A program made the position numbers and the translations under genes. A stretch of DNA of 64,000 bases, from contig CM061249.1 in assembly GCA_022605425.2 (NCBI GenBank), positions 930,001 to 994,000 on the forward strand, written 5' to 3'. Shown here one piece after another: positions 46,101 to 60,900 of this stretch; position 1 is the first letter of the stretch, and each line of letters begins with the position of its first letter. The notes beneath the pieces were generated by a model. The model saw nothing but the letters and a program-made list of their open reading frames with translations. It did no database searches and was not told where the DNA came from. The stretch comes from Hamiltosporidium tvaerminnensis FI-OER-3-3 (Eukaryota > Fungi > Microsporidia).

Positions 46101-48484
46101 GTATGTCTCTAGAAAAATGGAATTAGTCATTCTTGTATTTTATGATCGAATCTAAAAAATTAAACGTAGTTAGACATTGTATAAAACATCAATATATTTT
46201 TATGCCATAATATATTAAAGACATCAAATAGTTTTATCTGGCTCTAAATTAGTTATTTGAAGTCTCTGCAAGTGCTGTGAGAATTTTATGTAAAATTATC
46301 TATATTTCTAAAAATTTAGTTAAGATTAAAAAAGATGTTTCTTATGAGCATGAATTACTATCATTTATGATTGATGAATTTGATGAAAAAATTACCTGAA
46401 TATACATATTTAATATTTTATTTAAGAAATAAAAATTCTTCTGATATAAATTTATGTTTTGCATCTGTCATTCTAAAAAAACATGAAACTCATCAGATTA
46501 TCTTTTCAGTATTCTATATTATCAATCTGGTTTGTAACACCAATCTATACCTTTTCTCATCATTTAATATCAGGCGTAAATAGATGCAAATTTAATTAAG
46601 TTTTTTCAAAAATAATGGTTTATAATTTTTTGAGCAAATTTTTTCTTTCCCAAAATGCTATAGGTCTTTTAATTTTACAGGAATTTATATATAAAACGAA
46701 GAATCAGGACTTTATTAGTATACAGCAATGACGGTTTTAAACTACTAAGTGAGCTGCATCCCTTTGAATCTGAAAATTGGTCCCTCACACCCACCCCCAA
46801 TAAAAAAGTGTTTCAATTTTTTGCAAATTTGTTTTTTTATTTTGCTACAAAAAAAACCATAATCAAAATTTCTGAATGCACTTAAGGTTTTGTCAGTGGT
46901 TTCTGTTGCAATCCAAAAAATACCCCGCACCCCCGGTTAAGAAACGCTGGTTTATAGTCTCAATATAAGTTAAAAGTAAGTTTCATTCTGCAGATTTGAA
47001 AATATAACTACATTTAGATCCTTTCAAAATCGTACAAAGTCGAAAACAGCATTTTATAACGTGAGTCACATTAATTATGATATAGTTACTTAAATTCCAT
47101 AACAATCCATTTAAGAAAAATTTACCTATTTTTTAGCAATTCAAATTTCGTAAGGAATAAAATATAGTCCAGAACCAGCTTAAAAATCTTCAAATATTTT
47201 GATAGAATTAAAAACTATTTAGATTCGAATATTAGCAGCATCGCAAATTTTAATTTTTTCGAATAAGAAAAAAGAAAAGCCTATTCTATGATATAATACG
47301 AAAACAACACTATAAATCACCACAATAAAATTTCTTATTCACCAAAAATGTTTTTAAATTCATTTTAAATAATAGGTGACGAAGTTCTTCCAAATGAAGC
47401 TCTTTAATCTATAAAGTATCGAAATAATTTGAACGAAAAGTCAATAAACATATATTTCTGATTTCTCGTTTCTACTCTACTCAATCACTTATAATTTTAA
47501 ATATTTGTTGCATATAGGTTCTTTTAGGAAGTATATCCTATTTTATATTTTAAATCATGTGGGAAAAGGCTTTTCTTATCCTTAACACAAGAAAAATATT
47601 TGAGATCAAGATTTTTTATATCCTTGACATTAATTGTTAATGGCAAGATAAAGATATTCGTAAAAATTTATTATAAAGAGAAACCGCTATCAGAAGGAAA
47701 TGCAAATGTGTCTTTGCATCGTAAGCTTCTTTTACATATAATTCTAGAACGAATATACTTCATTCATCATAATCTCAATGCATATATAGTTTTAGATTGC
47801 ATAATAAAAATATATTTAATAATCCTTACAAATGACACCACCCTGACCTTATGCTCAAAAGATCTATAGTATCAAATCAGATTCAATACTACACGAAAGT
47901 TTTCGCTATTTTAAATTAAATTAAAGAGTAGAATTTAGACGAGTCGAAAAAAAAATTTCTAGCTCGTTTAAGTTTTTATAATGTTTCAAAAATTTACTAT
48001 TTTATTAAAAAATTCATCATTCACATTTAATAAATTTCATTATTCAAAAAAATTTTAAATATAACCTAGCAACACAATGTATTCAGAAAATCTTTTAAAG
48101 ATAGTAAAATCAAATGAAAAGCTTTTTTCTAAATATTTCTTCAAAACTATGACTTACATTGAACCATCATAAAAGATAATATTTATAAAAACAAAAATTT
48201 TACAATGTATCAAGATATCATGTATTTTGCAAAAAATATATGCCAACGAATATGAATCGTAGATTTCAAAATTCTGTGAAAATATTGCCCGTTTTTTTAA
48301 ATCGGCATAGGAAACAATATTTCAATGACAACAACTCAGTTCTAAGTTTAATATACATAATTTCCACGTCAAACTTCATCAGTACCTTTTAGGAACCTAC
48401 TTCTTAAAACTCTCTATCCTAAAGTGGGTAAAACCCATAAAAATGGCAACGCACACAGTGGATTTGATTAAAAAATAATAAGCA

Positions 48485-48710
48485 TCAATACTACAGCCCC
48501 GTACGAGCCTTGGCCGTCCTCAGAAATACCTCCCAGAGGTCTTTTTCAGTGTGTTTGTTCAATTTTTTAAGGTTTCGTAACAAGGTGGTTTTAAAGAACG
48601 ATTTGTGTGCCCTCGCCTAACCCAGCCTCAGTACAAGTTCCGTTTAGTCGCCTCTTACGACAAGCAGAGAATACTTCAACCCAATTCTGCTTCTTGGCAT
48701 AGAGGGGAAG
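48485..48710 (-). mobile_element. Second copy of the bipartite RTE-derived SINE-like element
   Basis: CTACAGC...CGAGCCTTGG, ACAAGGT.GTTTTAAAG and TTAGTCGCCTCTTACGACAAGCAGAGAATACT are colinear with 27746..27978. Confidence 0.85.
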
Positions 48711-51700
48711 GATTCGTTAATATACAAACCATTAAATGCGATTGTGGCATAAATCACGAGCATTCATAAATCCATGGCCTACTTATAAAAAGAACTTGAA
48801 GTCAAAATGTACCTTCGTGTTTTACATTGAATTAATCTTAACGTTGCAATGACATACTTGCAAATTAACACGCGACTTAATTCCAGTCTAATTAAAAATC
48901 ATAGTTTATTTGTGTTTTAAAAGCGCTGATTCTTCTTACGCGAGCGAGAAAAGCGATGTTTCTTTAGTTTAAAATTAAATTTTCTATAATTTAACCAGCG
49001 GTTTCCAAAATTGTTACATATAAAACCATCAGCTTCTTTTAGGAAAGAGGTTTACTATTGAGTATATTCTTTTTAACTTTATACAAATCACTAATATTCA
49101 ATTAAGTAAAGGTGTTCATAAATTTTCTCAAATTCAAAGTATTATTTTCGCAATATTGCATATAGGCACCCTAAGCAGATATAGCTTGATGTACTCTCAT
49201 TTCCGACTACTTTTTCATAGCATAGAAATTATTTTACTTTAATGCTAAAACAAGTATCAGTTTTTCAAATTTAATGTCGTGAAGACAAAAAATAGTACAA
49301 AGAAACAATTCAATATAAGCTAAAAACATTTATTTATCTAGATAGGCATAGAATATGTTATTCTGTGTTTTTTTATATACAAAAAACTACTCTGATATAA
49401 CTCAATAAAATAATTATGAAACATTGGTTTATATAATGATTTTGTTTTCGAAAACTTTTGCTTACAGAAACGCTCGTTTTCTAAACATCTTAACAGCTAA
49501 AGATCATTCACTTTTTTCAAATTTTTGAATTTTATTTTTAAGTTTTACACTGTAATGTTTGACTATCTATTTAAGAATGACTATGCATTGAATATTTTTA
49601 CCATATCTCGCAAATCTGGCAATAAAAGAGTTGATTATAACTAGAACAGCATAAAAACCATTTATATAGGAAACTTCATATACATACAAAAATCTATTTT
49701 CTTGCGTAGTGTAATTCTTGCCATATCCTAAAAAACATAATTTAATTTAAGAATATGACAGGCAAACAAACCATACCCATTAACCGCCTAAACTATTTAC
49801 AATTAAACTAACAGATTTAATGGCTTTTGTTAAAAAAAAAGAGTTTCGTACACAAAAAATCAAAAATTTTTACAAAATTCATTATATATCATGTAACTAT
49901 TTAGAATTTTTACAGAGCAAGGTTTCGAAGTTTTTCGAAACGTTTGTTCTACTTAAACATACCAAGAAAATATTCGATAAAAAGGCTTTAAAATTTAATT
50001 TCGATATCTATTTAAAATGGAAAAAATTATGATGTGCATAAAGGTAAGAAAAAATGAAAACTTACTAAAATGCTTTCATACTATTTTAAGTTTGACCGAA
50101 AGATTTTTGTTTTTGAAAAACCACAACAACAAAATAAGACACAAATAATATTATTTAATTATTTTATACAAAAAAAGTGGCAAAAAAATGTGTATAATCA
50201 CAAGAAAATTGTTTTATTAAAAGCCACACGATTTAAATCTACTAAAATTTTTCTAGGTCTATATACGTTTTATATTTAGAGTATGGGCACTAAAAATATA
50301 ATTCATTAGAACAGAGATATCCAAACCACGGCCTACGAAGATATTTCATCCAGTCTCAAGTGCAATTTATTCGGTCCATCACGATTTTTTTTTACATAGA
50401 ATAGGTTCTTTTTAATAAGAAACTACTATAGACCTATACAAATAAAGATTCAAAAAGAATTACAATGATAGATAATTTATAATTCGAATTTTGAATACAA
50501 AGAAAATTTATCTAGTTGCTAACCATTTTTTGATTCACTAGAGATATTTTTTTTATTATTTTATATAAAAAGATTCAAAATGAAATTACCAAAAATTAAT
50601 GGCATAATTTATTAAAATGATGTTTTTATTTTTTGAGTTAGTTCTTTAATTCGTGATATAAATTTACAGTAGGAATTATAATAACAACTTTATGTGCATA
50701 TCTATAAATTTGTACCTGTAATTTTGTTTGTATTTCATTTGTGAGAATGTTTTTTTTCCTATAGATAGCGAGTGCCGAAAAGTGAAATAAACACCAAGCA
50801 AACCATGAACTTTATTGGATTATTTGACCGGAGGAAACTAAAAAAATAAATGAAATCTCAATCCAATATAGTTCCTTAGAAATATTACCCAAATAAATTT
50901 CATTTTTTTAACATCCGATTAAATTTTTAACATTTAAACAAAAGAATATTATGTATGTTCATAAAGAAATATCTTTCAGTATGTTGGAAAAATCTAATAA
51001 GTTCTTAACCATTGCCCCTATTGAAGAAGTCAATGGGTCGGCAAGCTAAAAAGTTTAGCAACCCTTGTTTTGGAAATTCAAACAAAATAGCATTTTGAAC
51101 GAGAAATATGTTGTGGCATGATAAAGTTTAGCACGTAACCCCTGCAAAATGTCAAAGAAACCCAGTTACACCTAAATTAAGAATACAGAAACAAAAGTCT
51201 GGTGATTATAAATTTTGAATAAAAAATTACAGTATAAAAATGTTCAATTTCTTAGTCAATTGCAAAGTAATATAGTAAAGTTGATAAATATAAGAAAAAA
51301 TAAAAGTTTCTCTTTGATTATCATACATAATCAAATCATCGAACTTAAAATATTTAAGTATGTGTTTGATTTATATTATGAATTTATGGCATTCAAAATA
51401 TATATTTTACTATCCAGAACTATTTGAATTATAAGTTTTGTGTCAATAATTATAAAATTATTCGTAAGGAAATGATACTCATTTGCGTTATAAAACTATA
51501 TCCAAGTTATTACAATTTGCACCAAATCGCGCGAGAACTGTAAATAGTATTTTAGGTAGAAATGAATAAAACTTGCCTGTATAATAAGATGATTTTTTTT
51601 ATAGTTAGGCTTATATAAGTAAAGTATTTTGAACAATGTGGAATTAAAAAGGAAGATTGGCGATAAAATAATTAGAAAAAGCATTCTTTTTAGTAAGCGT

Positions 51701-54479
51701 GCATATATATTTCCGCAGTTATTTTCATTATATTTAGATCTTTAGTAGAAACATAAAATATGAAGAAATTTATATCTGTTATGAAAATTCATTTTTTTTA
51801 TAGGCAATAAGTTAAGAATTATGCCTCAGTATAATAATGTTTATGGAATTCGTTTGTTTCAAATTTTCTTCTGCATTTAGTTTTCTTAATGTTTTTTAAA
51901 AAGTCTATTCTTTATCAAAATATATAATTTAGTCATTGACAAAACACCAGTGAATATCACGTATGTTGAAAAATATATAAGTTAACAATAAACAAGAACC
52001 AATGATCATAATTTAAAGTCTTTGGCATGTATGCCTTTAGCCAAACATCTAGATCGAAATACGTTTAAATTTATCTTACTACCGATCTAATCCGAAAGCT
52101 TCTATCCATGTCAGATATAATAGTAAATGATTTAAATGTAAGCTAAATATACAAATAATGAACTAATTGTTGCAAAATTTGTAATTTTTGAATTTATAAT
52201 ATAATATTCGAAAAATACTTATGCGAAAAATAGTTACAAAATATTTTTTTGCTGTCTCATATTTAATTTTGTATTATAATTTTGTTGTAAAAATATCGCA
52301 TTTAATTTAGAGATGAATTATTCGTTACCAATTACTTATTTTAATTTTTCGAAATAAGAAACGACTGCAAAATATAAAGTTGAATTTATTGTAAATTGTA
52401 AAAGTTTTTATGAAAGAGACATAATAAACAAAATATTTTTTCCGAAAAATATCAAGTTTAGCCACAGCAGTTCCTAGATCGCAATTTTTGAGACAATAAT
52501 GAGTAGTTTTGGAGTTCAAATGAAAAAATTTGATTAATTTCACAGTTTTATTTTACGTATAAATTCGATGGTATTATTTTGTTTTTCATTAGCAAAACAA
52601 TAACCTAATCATATTGTTCATGAGTAAAAAAAATTATATTCTAATTGTCATTAAATTCCCAAATTTTCGAAGAAATATGGGAGAAATGAAATGACAAAAC
52701 TTATTCTTTTACAGGGATTTATCTTTATAAATAATATTATAACTTGTAATATCTTTCGAATATATCAAAAAGATTTACACCGATTCTAAACGAATTTCAT
52801 GGAACATACATTTGTATTTTTCTATAAAATAAACATATACCCAAGTAATACAAATTTTCAATTTTTAAACGGCTAATATAATTCTAACATATAAAAATTG
52901 CTTATTATTTATTCTTTTACTTCGAATGAAAAATGTATTTTTGCGGAATTCTAACAATCATCTACTATACTTTTTTTTTGATTTCTGACGATTTAGTATT
53001 TAGAAATCAGAAGTAAATTATGAATAATGGAAATGCTAAAGTTTAAACAGAACTCTTAAAAACGTAATCAATGAAAATCTTGTTGATATTTTTTATTGTA
53101 AACAGATAATTCGCTGTAAGGGAACACAAAAGTCTTAAATGACAGAAAAAAATATTTAACTTCCATATATTATCTAAAAGTAAAATCAAAACAATGGTGA
53201 TGCTTATATGAATACCTCGAAATCATAGAAATATTGAATGCAACTTATATATTTCAAGAAATTAAATAGAACTATATATAATCAAAAAGATTTAGACAAC
53301 TTTTACCTTGAACAATAGAAAGAAAGATGATGTATTCTAAGATCAATTTGATCAAATTTACAGTTAAAGCGAATGTGTAGGATGTTTGAAAGATTACATC
53401 ACAAAGTAATAAACCTTATGTATATAATGAGCATGATTGTTTTTGAATTTCATTATTTCACAGTTATATTTAAATAGGTAATACATAGAAAAAGCGTGTT
53501 GAAGATTATAATTCAAAATAGACTAGGAATGGGCTATATTGTAAATATATATTTTGGATTTTTGAATACTGAATCATGGGAAAAAGCTTATTAAATGATT
53601 TATCAATACGTTTCATAGGTTTGTGTGTTTATTATGATAAAATTGTATATATTTTAATTTTTTTCAATACATGAAAATATATGATGTTTTCGGTAAATTT
53701 TTCTTCAGAGTCAGCGATGCTAACAAAATGCAGTTAATCATGTCAAAAAGTTATTGTAAAAGAATCATAGAGGTATGTATCGGTAACAAATTTAACAGAT
53801 GTTAAAATTCAAAAAAATTGATATATAAAAATAGATAATAATAAAAAGCCATTTCTATTTAAAGCATATTTACAGCGAAGATCACACAAATATATCTGTA
53901 CAAATATATAATGTTTGACAGATCAGTATAATTTAGGTCATATTTTCTTTGTAGTATTAAGATAAAGGCTTAGGTAATAACTTGACCGTAATCTAACATA
54001 CAATAAGAATTTAAAAACAAAATGGTTCATCAATGAATAAAATCAAACTCGAAACTATATTTTGTCAAGATGAAGCATTCTTTACATTTAACCAATTCCG
54101 TAAGAAACTTTAAAAAGCATATATGAAGTGTTATGAAGATGTCTGAATAATCACATCTACACAACATTTTTACAAATATCAAACACGAGAAAGATAATTT
54201 TGACATTATAAAATTAGTTTCATTGTTTTCTATTGAAAAAATAATTTACCGTAGTGACAATTGAAAAACCGAATGATTTCAGGCTTAGCAAATCTGAATA
54301 AATTAGCCAAGAAAAACTACAAAGATAGAAATTAATAGCAAAATGCATTTAAATGCTCAAATTTATTGAAAATAAAGTTGATTTAAGAAAACATTTTGTT
54401 TTTTTGCCTACGGAATTAAAAAAAATAGAGAAGTTTAATATTGCAAAAAATAATATTATTAAACCTATTAATTATATTT

Positions 54480-54960
54480 CTTGAAGAACCGCTTCAACGA
54501 CTAATCCACATCTTTTCTTCTCTATGATGTAAATATTAGTTAATTTCGGTACACTAATTTCCTCAGCTCAGTTTCCGAATTACCTAGCCTTTTTTCTTGA
54601 TTCACCTCGTCGTTTCTTACATTTATCAATGAGTATAATTAGCTTTTAATGCATTTTACAACACATTTTCTCATTTATGGCCATCAATATCTTATTTAGT
54701 CCATTATATGTTCCAAATACGCTTGTCGATAAAGGCTTAAAATTTTGAATTTACATTTTATTTTATATTTGTTACTTCGCTTATGCGTCAAGAATTCTCT
54801 TTAATATCACATTTCCCAAATATTTAATGTGGTTTAATTTTTTTTGTCATCGCCAATGTTTTGCAAGCATAAAGTACAGTAGGTCTAATTATGGTGTTAA
54901 AAATTCAAATTTTATATTAAATCAACCAATTTTACGCTTTAAACTCTATTGATAAAAATA
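54480..54960 (-). mobile_element. 5'-truncated degenerate RTE-clade LINE fragment
   Basis: The minus strand translates to IFNTIIRPTVLYACKTLAMTKK, ILKRIL and KRRGESRK, matching the RTE C-terminal region. Confidence 0.7.
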
Positions 54961-57900
54961 TGTCAGTTGCCTTCATTTATTTTTTAATAAATCAAAGAAT
55001 ATTAAGATTACATGAAACCAGAAAAAACATATGAAATAAATCTCGGATTCTGTCGTATAAAAACAAGGCACAAAAAAATATGTAAACAGTAAAAAGTTTA
55101 TGAAAAAGTCGAATCATCAGCTATTTTTCACGCTTCATGCTGCTAACTACATGTAATTGATTTTATTGAAGAAAAAATAAACGACCGTATTCAAATTTTC
55201 GCATGTCTATAGATAAAGCAATTTGGTTTTGTAAAATTTCTGCACATTCATTAAGAAATTTTTATTTTGATTAAATGTTTAATATACTATTTACAAGATT
55301 ATAACCTTTAAAGCTCAATATTTCCTTTAGAAATTATCACAGGTTTCATGTTTAAAGTTGATATTATATTATTTTGATATTTAAGAATAATACTACAAAT
55401 ATATTTTTTATTATTCGCGATGTTTGGTTATGAACATTTGGAATGAACAAATAAAGTAGCGCACCTTACATATTTGTATAATTATAATTTCAAATTGGGT
55501 TCGAAATGTCTAAATAAAGTTTAACTTTAACATATATGAAATTCCCTGAGTTAATTTAAAAATTGCAAAAATGTTAAATTTGCAAATTTACTAGATAAGA
55601 TATTTAACAACATTTGTGTATAATAAATCATGTTCAGCAGTATATAATTTATACCTTTAAAATCGCTCTTTTGTCTAACTTCTAAAAGTATTTTTCGTTC
55701 AGTAAATTAAGCTGAAGCTAGATCATTTTAATTTTCTGCAATTCCATTTAGCATTAAAACAATTTCTTTGCAATATAAATCGTAAAAAAAATTAATAAGT
55801 ATATAGATCCAAAGCATTAAGAATAAAGTTCGGTTTAAAATAGATATATCTCACTTTTTTCGAATTTAAAAAACTTTATATTGTATTTTTTTGTTGTTTA
55901 AACAGCATTTAAACGTTTAGTTCTATTTAAAAATACCTTTTTTGTAGTATATGTATATTCACGAAACGCAGATATGTTTAAGTTTTTAACTGGATTATAT
56001 AGCGGTGTAAAAATCCAAAATATTTTTAAAAAATTATTTATCATAAGCTAAAAGGCATTTTGTTGAAAATACAAATGAAGGCTGTGTATATGTTAATTAT
56101 AGCACAAACGTTGATTTAAATATTGTAGAGGAGATTTCCAGACATATATTAGAAGGTAAGAGGGGGTTTCTTATGCAATTTAGTATAGTGCAAATAGGCT
56201 AAGAGTTTTTTGTTTTTTCATCTTTTTTTCTTAAATAAATTCAAAAGAACTAAATATGATATTTATTAATTTTATCTCATCAAATTTAGAAGTTTCATCA
56301 TTGTAAAACTTGAAATGTATGCTTTTATTAAATTTTGTTATTGTATCGTAAAAATTTATTGTAATTTTTATGCATGCAAACACAAAATTCTAAATACCAA
56401 AAGCAAATATCTATTGAGTCTTATATATTAATTCGAATGAAAAGAAAAGGAAAATGAAAGAAATGGATTTAATCAACTGCGTTTTGCGATATAACTTTTA
56501 GAAAAAATAAATATACTATCTAGAATTTTCTGCCTAATGCATATATTAGTGATATAGCCTCTTTCCGAACCATAAAAAACTTATGTAATTTATTAGAAAA
56601 TTATTTATCAGATATAGATGATCCATATATACTGCTATTTCAACGAACAACTATTTTATAAAAAGTTTATTTTTCTGTTCATTTTTTCTAAACAAAGTGT
56701 GTTTCTTTGCCGTTTTACTAATTTTGCGCATGACGCATGTTGACAATACTATTGTAACAATAAATAATTCATTAGCAGATATCCCAAAAAAACACGATTT
56801 ATGCATTTGCATTTTTTCCAAAAAAATATTGCCATGGCAAACGGCGTAAAAAGTATGTGAAAGTTCAAACCTTGACTATAAATGAAGAGTTACTAAAAAA
56901 TTCAGATTTATGTAATTCATCATAATAATAGAATGCCCAACATATTTTTAGTATTATGTATATAAAAGCACCTTTTTTGCTAGATCCATTTCATTAATCA
57001 AAAGTGTAAGTGTGACATAAAAAAAATAAAAATTCACACTATAACTGCTGTTTAAATGATATATTTAAATTTTAGCGAAAATATAAAAAGCTTTTCAGCA
57101 TCTTTACACTTGAAATCATTCAGGAAAAGTGTATTAAAGAATGGAATAAAGTCTACACATATTCACTGTGAATATGTAAGAAGACATGTAAATAAAGCCT
57201 CTGTTTGGTTTTTTTTTCCAAACGATGGTTTATTTTTGTTTCCTTTTGAGTAAACGTTCCATTAGTATAATTTTATTTCCAAATAAAATATAGCTCAATG
57301 AATTAAAATGCAAGAATAATATGTAAATTTTCAAGTCTATCCCTTTGAACGTATAAAATCTATATCTATGGTGTGTTATTTGATATAAAGCTAAGCACCC
57401 AAGATCCAAAAAATGAAATATATTCCATAAAATTTAGATATGGTATCATTAGTTCTTTTACGAATAATCTTTATGAAAGTATTTTGTAAGTTGAGAGTTA
57501 ATTTTACAATCTTCTCTATCTAGATTTTATTCATATTTTTTACGAATCGATATAGATAGCCTTTGTTTTATCCGCAGAAAATATTTGATTTTTGACTTAA
57601 ATATAAATATCGCAAATTTTTTAAGTAGATCCCAATCCTTTGCTCTTGACTAGATTATAATTTCTTTTTCGATATGATGTACCGTGTGTTGTATTTATGC
57701 TATTTAAATAAACTCTTAACACAAAAATTCTTTCTACTCTATTTTATCGAACGCTTTTAGTTTTTGAAACCTCTTTTGAGGCCATATTTGCTAAAAAAAT
57801 CCAACATGTTTTCTAGAAAGACTTGTTACTGGTTTAGCAGAACAGTAATCATTCATTTGTTTTAAGTTGTTATGCATGAAGTGTGTGCAAAAATTCAGAA

Positions 57901-60900
57901 ACTAGGTAATCTTTTAAAAAATGATCTTTGATTTTGCCTAAAAACGAATTTTTTAAAACTTTCACAATTTCTACGATAGATAATTTATGTTTCAATTACC
58001 TAATCTTATAGGAAAGGACCATGTTTTTTTTACAAGCTATCTAAAGTGTTAAAAGCAGTAATATCTATTCAGCTCGTTCTTTTTGTTCTTTAAAAGAAAT
58101 CTATGGTGTATTTTTGTATGAGTCTCATTTTTAATAGAATATCTATACAAAAAAAGCTAATATATGAAATAAACCAGTCATCATTAAAAAAATTAATAAA
58201 TACATGTTATTTTATAATTTTATGAATAGAACATTTGAGGTTAACATCTGTACAACAAGCAGCTTATCGATTTTTTGAATGATAGATGCGGTTAATTTAC
58301 TTTCTTTCTATTTGAAACATTAAAAAGTACAAATGTATGCTTTGTCTTAGGTGCTTGCAGAATTCAAGATACATATAATTTTTGTAATGAAAACAATGTT
58401 GTAAAATTCTTTCGCGTTTTTAGAAAATCAATATTGTAAATCTTTTAGCAAAGATTTAAGTTCACTTGAGTTTTTTTTCGAAAAATAAACTTTTACTCGA
58501 AAAAGCAAAAAATTCCTTAGTTCATACAGAATTTTTTACCTATAAACCATTTTTAACATTAAAACGATTATGATTGTTGTGGAATAAATAAAAAAACACC
58601 GCGAAAATCTAGAAAAGTACATCTTTAATGTGTAATTTCCTCTCAAAAAACCGCTTTCTAGAAAAAGCTGAACCTGTTATCGAAATTTGATATTTATATC
58701 TGACGAAATGTGAAATTTTACTAGAGAAAAAAACAAAAATAAAATATTTGAAAAGCTAACGCTTTTCATCGTAAGCATTTTCTCAATTCAATTTGCTCAA
58801 AAACTATTCATTAAAAAATATTTCGGTAAAACTGCACATACACGCAACAACGAGCTTTTAAAGACGCCTATTGTCACAAAGCTGCTTACATTATCAGTTT
58901 ACAACCCGCTCTGTGGTAAATTATACCAAAACCGCAAATTTTGCTAGTAGAAGGAATTTGAATAAATTGTATCAAAATACAAAAATATGCAAAGAAACAG
59001 AATACTTTTTATAGATCTTCAATTTCCTGTTATTGAGCAAAATTTTTATTCATAGTTCAATTGCAAAAAAACTCACTGGCAGCGCAATTGAAAACCGAAA
59101 CTTTGTTTTCCTAAAAATTTTTCAATATAGTATAGAAAAAATTCAAAATCCAATTATATTAAGGTACATAGCAACACTTTGCTTTACATATAATGTTTAT
59201 GTTCTGATGAGCAAGACAAATACAAAATTAAAGAACAAGTATAAAATGCAAAGCTACAATTCTTCACAAACCACAAATGAATCGAAAAATCGCAGACAAG
59301 AAGATCTATTTGCGAACGAAAATTGTGTTAAGCATTCATCTGACGTCCGAGAGCAATTACTATAACGCAGCTTTGACATTAAGAATCTTACGAAAAAAAT
59401 ACTATAAATTAAAGAAAAAAATAAAAGAATGTTCTTCAGGATTTTAACGAAAAAATACCTTGGAAAAACAAATTTAAGAATCCTAAGAATGAATTTCATG
59501 AAAAACATTACTTTGTATTAAAAAAAACACAATTCGAACCTTTTTGGATTATACTCTGAACAAATTTGAAGCGGTATCAAGAAGGCAGCTAATATGCAAA
59601 ATTTACATTTAAGATTATATCCAGATTGTTTTGAGGCTAAAAATACAGATTGATATTTATTGAAGAACGAAAAAACACAAAATTGTAGTTTTGAAAATAG
59701 AAAATCTATGGAGAATTTTTGCGAAAGCAGAGATAAGCTTTTTAATATAATGAAAGGTGAATCAGAAGAATTTATAAAAATTGCGTTACAAGTATCACAA
59801 TATTACTTCAACATTTCAATGGCATTTTAATGCCGAATTAAAGGTTAATTTGAAATATAGATCGGTTATATTTCTATAGGTCGTGTTTATACTGGGCATA
59901 TTATGATTAGTTTGTTTTTATATTTGCATTTCGCACGATAGAAAATTACTGGAAGGAGCCACTATGTAAAAACGGAAATTTCAATCGAAAAGAAATTGCG
60001 TGTATATCTGGCTTAAATTGTGCATGTTGATGTTATGTTTCTTTGTTGAGGGTATATATAAATATTTGCAGTTGTTTTATAGATTTCAGTTTTATAAAGA
60101 ATGTAAATAGTAATTTAAGAAGTGCACATTACAAAAGTTTGAGAAAAACGACAATACATATTCCGATTTCTAAAAACGCAATACAAATAATTTGGTTTTG
60201 TTGTATAGCTTCTTTGACTGGCCAAAAATCTCGAAAAATGTCATAATATTTAAAAAAATTCATAGATAATGAAAATTTTTACTTAAATATCCCTTATAGC
60301 TTTTTTAATTACGAATAAACAAATAAAAAAAAGAAAAGGATATGTGATTGCGTTTTCTACAAAATTTATATAAAATAGATCGCTAAAAAAAATATTAGCG
60401 GCCAAGATGATGGTTTTATCTATATTATCATCCATTGAAGCCAATTATTTCAAGTCTTTCGAATCTTGAAAGTATTATTATAAATGAAAGTTAGACCAGC
60501 GTAAGTCTTAAATTATTTATTTGGGACGTATCTCTTTAAATAAACAATACAATTTAACTTACGAGTGTTTTCCACCCTTTACCTGTTTATAAATACCATG
60601 ACTTATGTCTTAAAAAACAATATAGTATTGATAATTCTAAATTTTTGATTTGTGAGTATATAATCTTAAAATATACGCAGTATTTTTTCTATATATTTTT
60701 CTTTATGAAAAATAAATTTAGAACAAAAAACAAATATTTCAAAAATTAAATTTTAATCATTTTTTAGTTGATAAAAGACTTACAAACCAAAACTTTGATG
60801 TTTTTTAGAAAAAAATACTAAATTTGTTGAATTTCTACTTTGAATATTCGTTTCATATTATCGAGAAAGATATTTGTAATAATACAAAGCTAGGTGTAAA

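Noticed and set aside
46770-51070. hAT-like TIR words (GAAACGCTG ~46941, CAGCGGTTTCCAAA ~48995, TTTAGCAACCCTTG ~51054)
   Set aside because: The pairs are too mismatched, and there is no TSD or internal transposase trace.
59033-59365. 110-aa ORF (FIHSSIAKKL) as a retropepsin or transposase fragment
   Set aside because: It has a TTG start, no catalytic motif and no supporting context.
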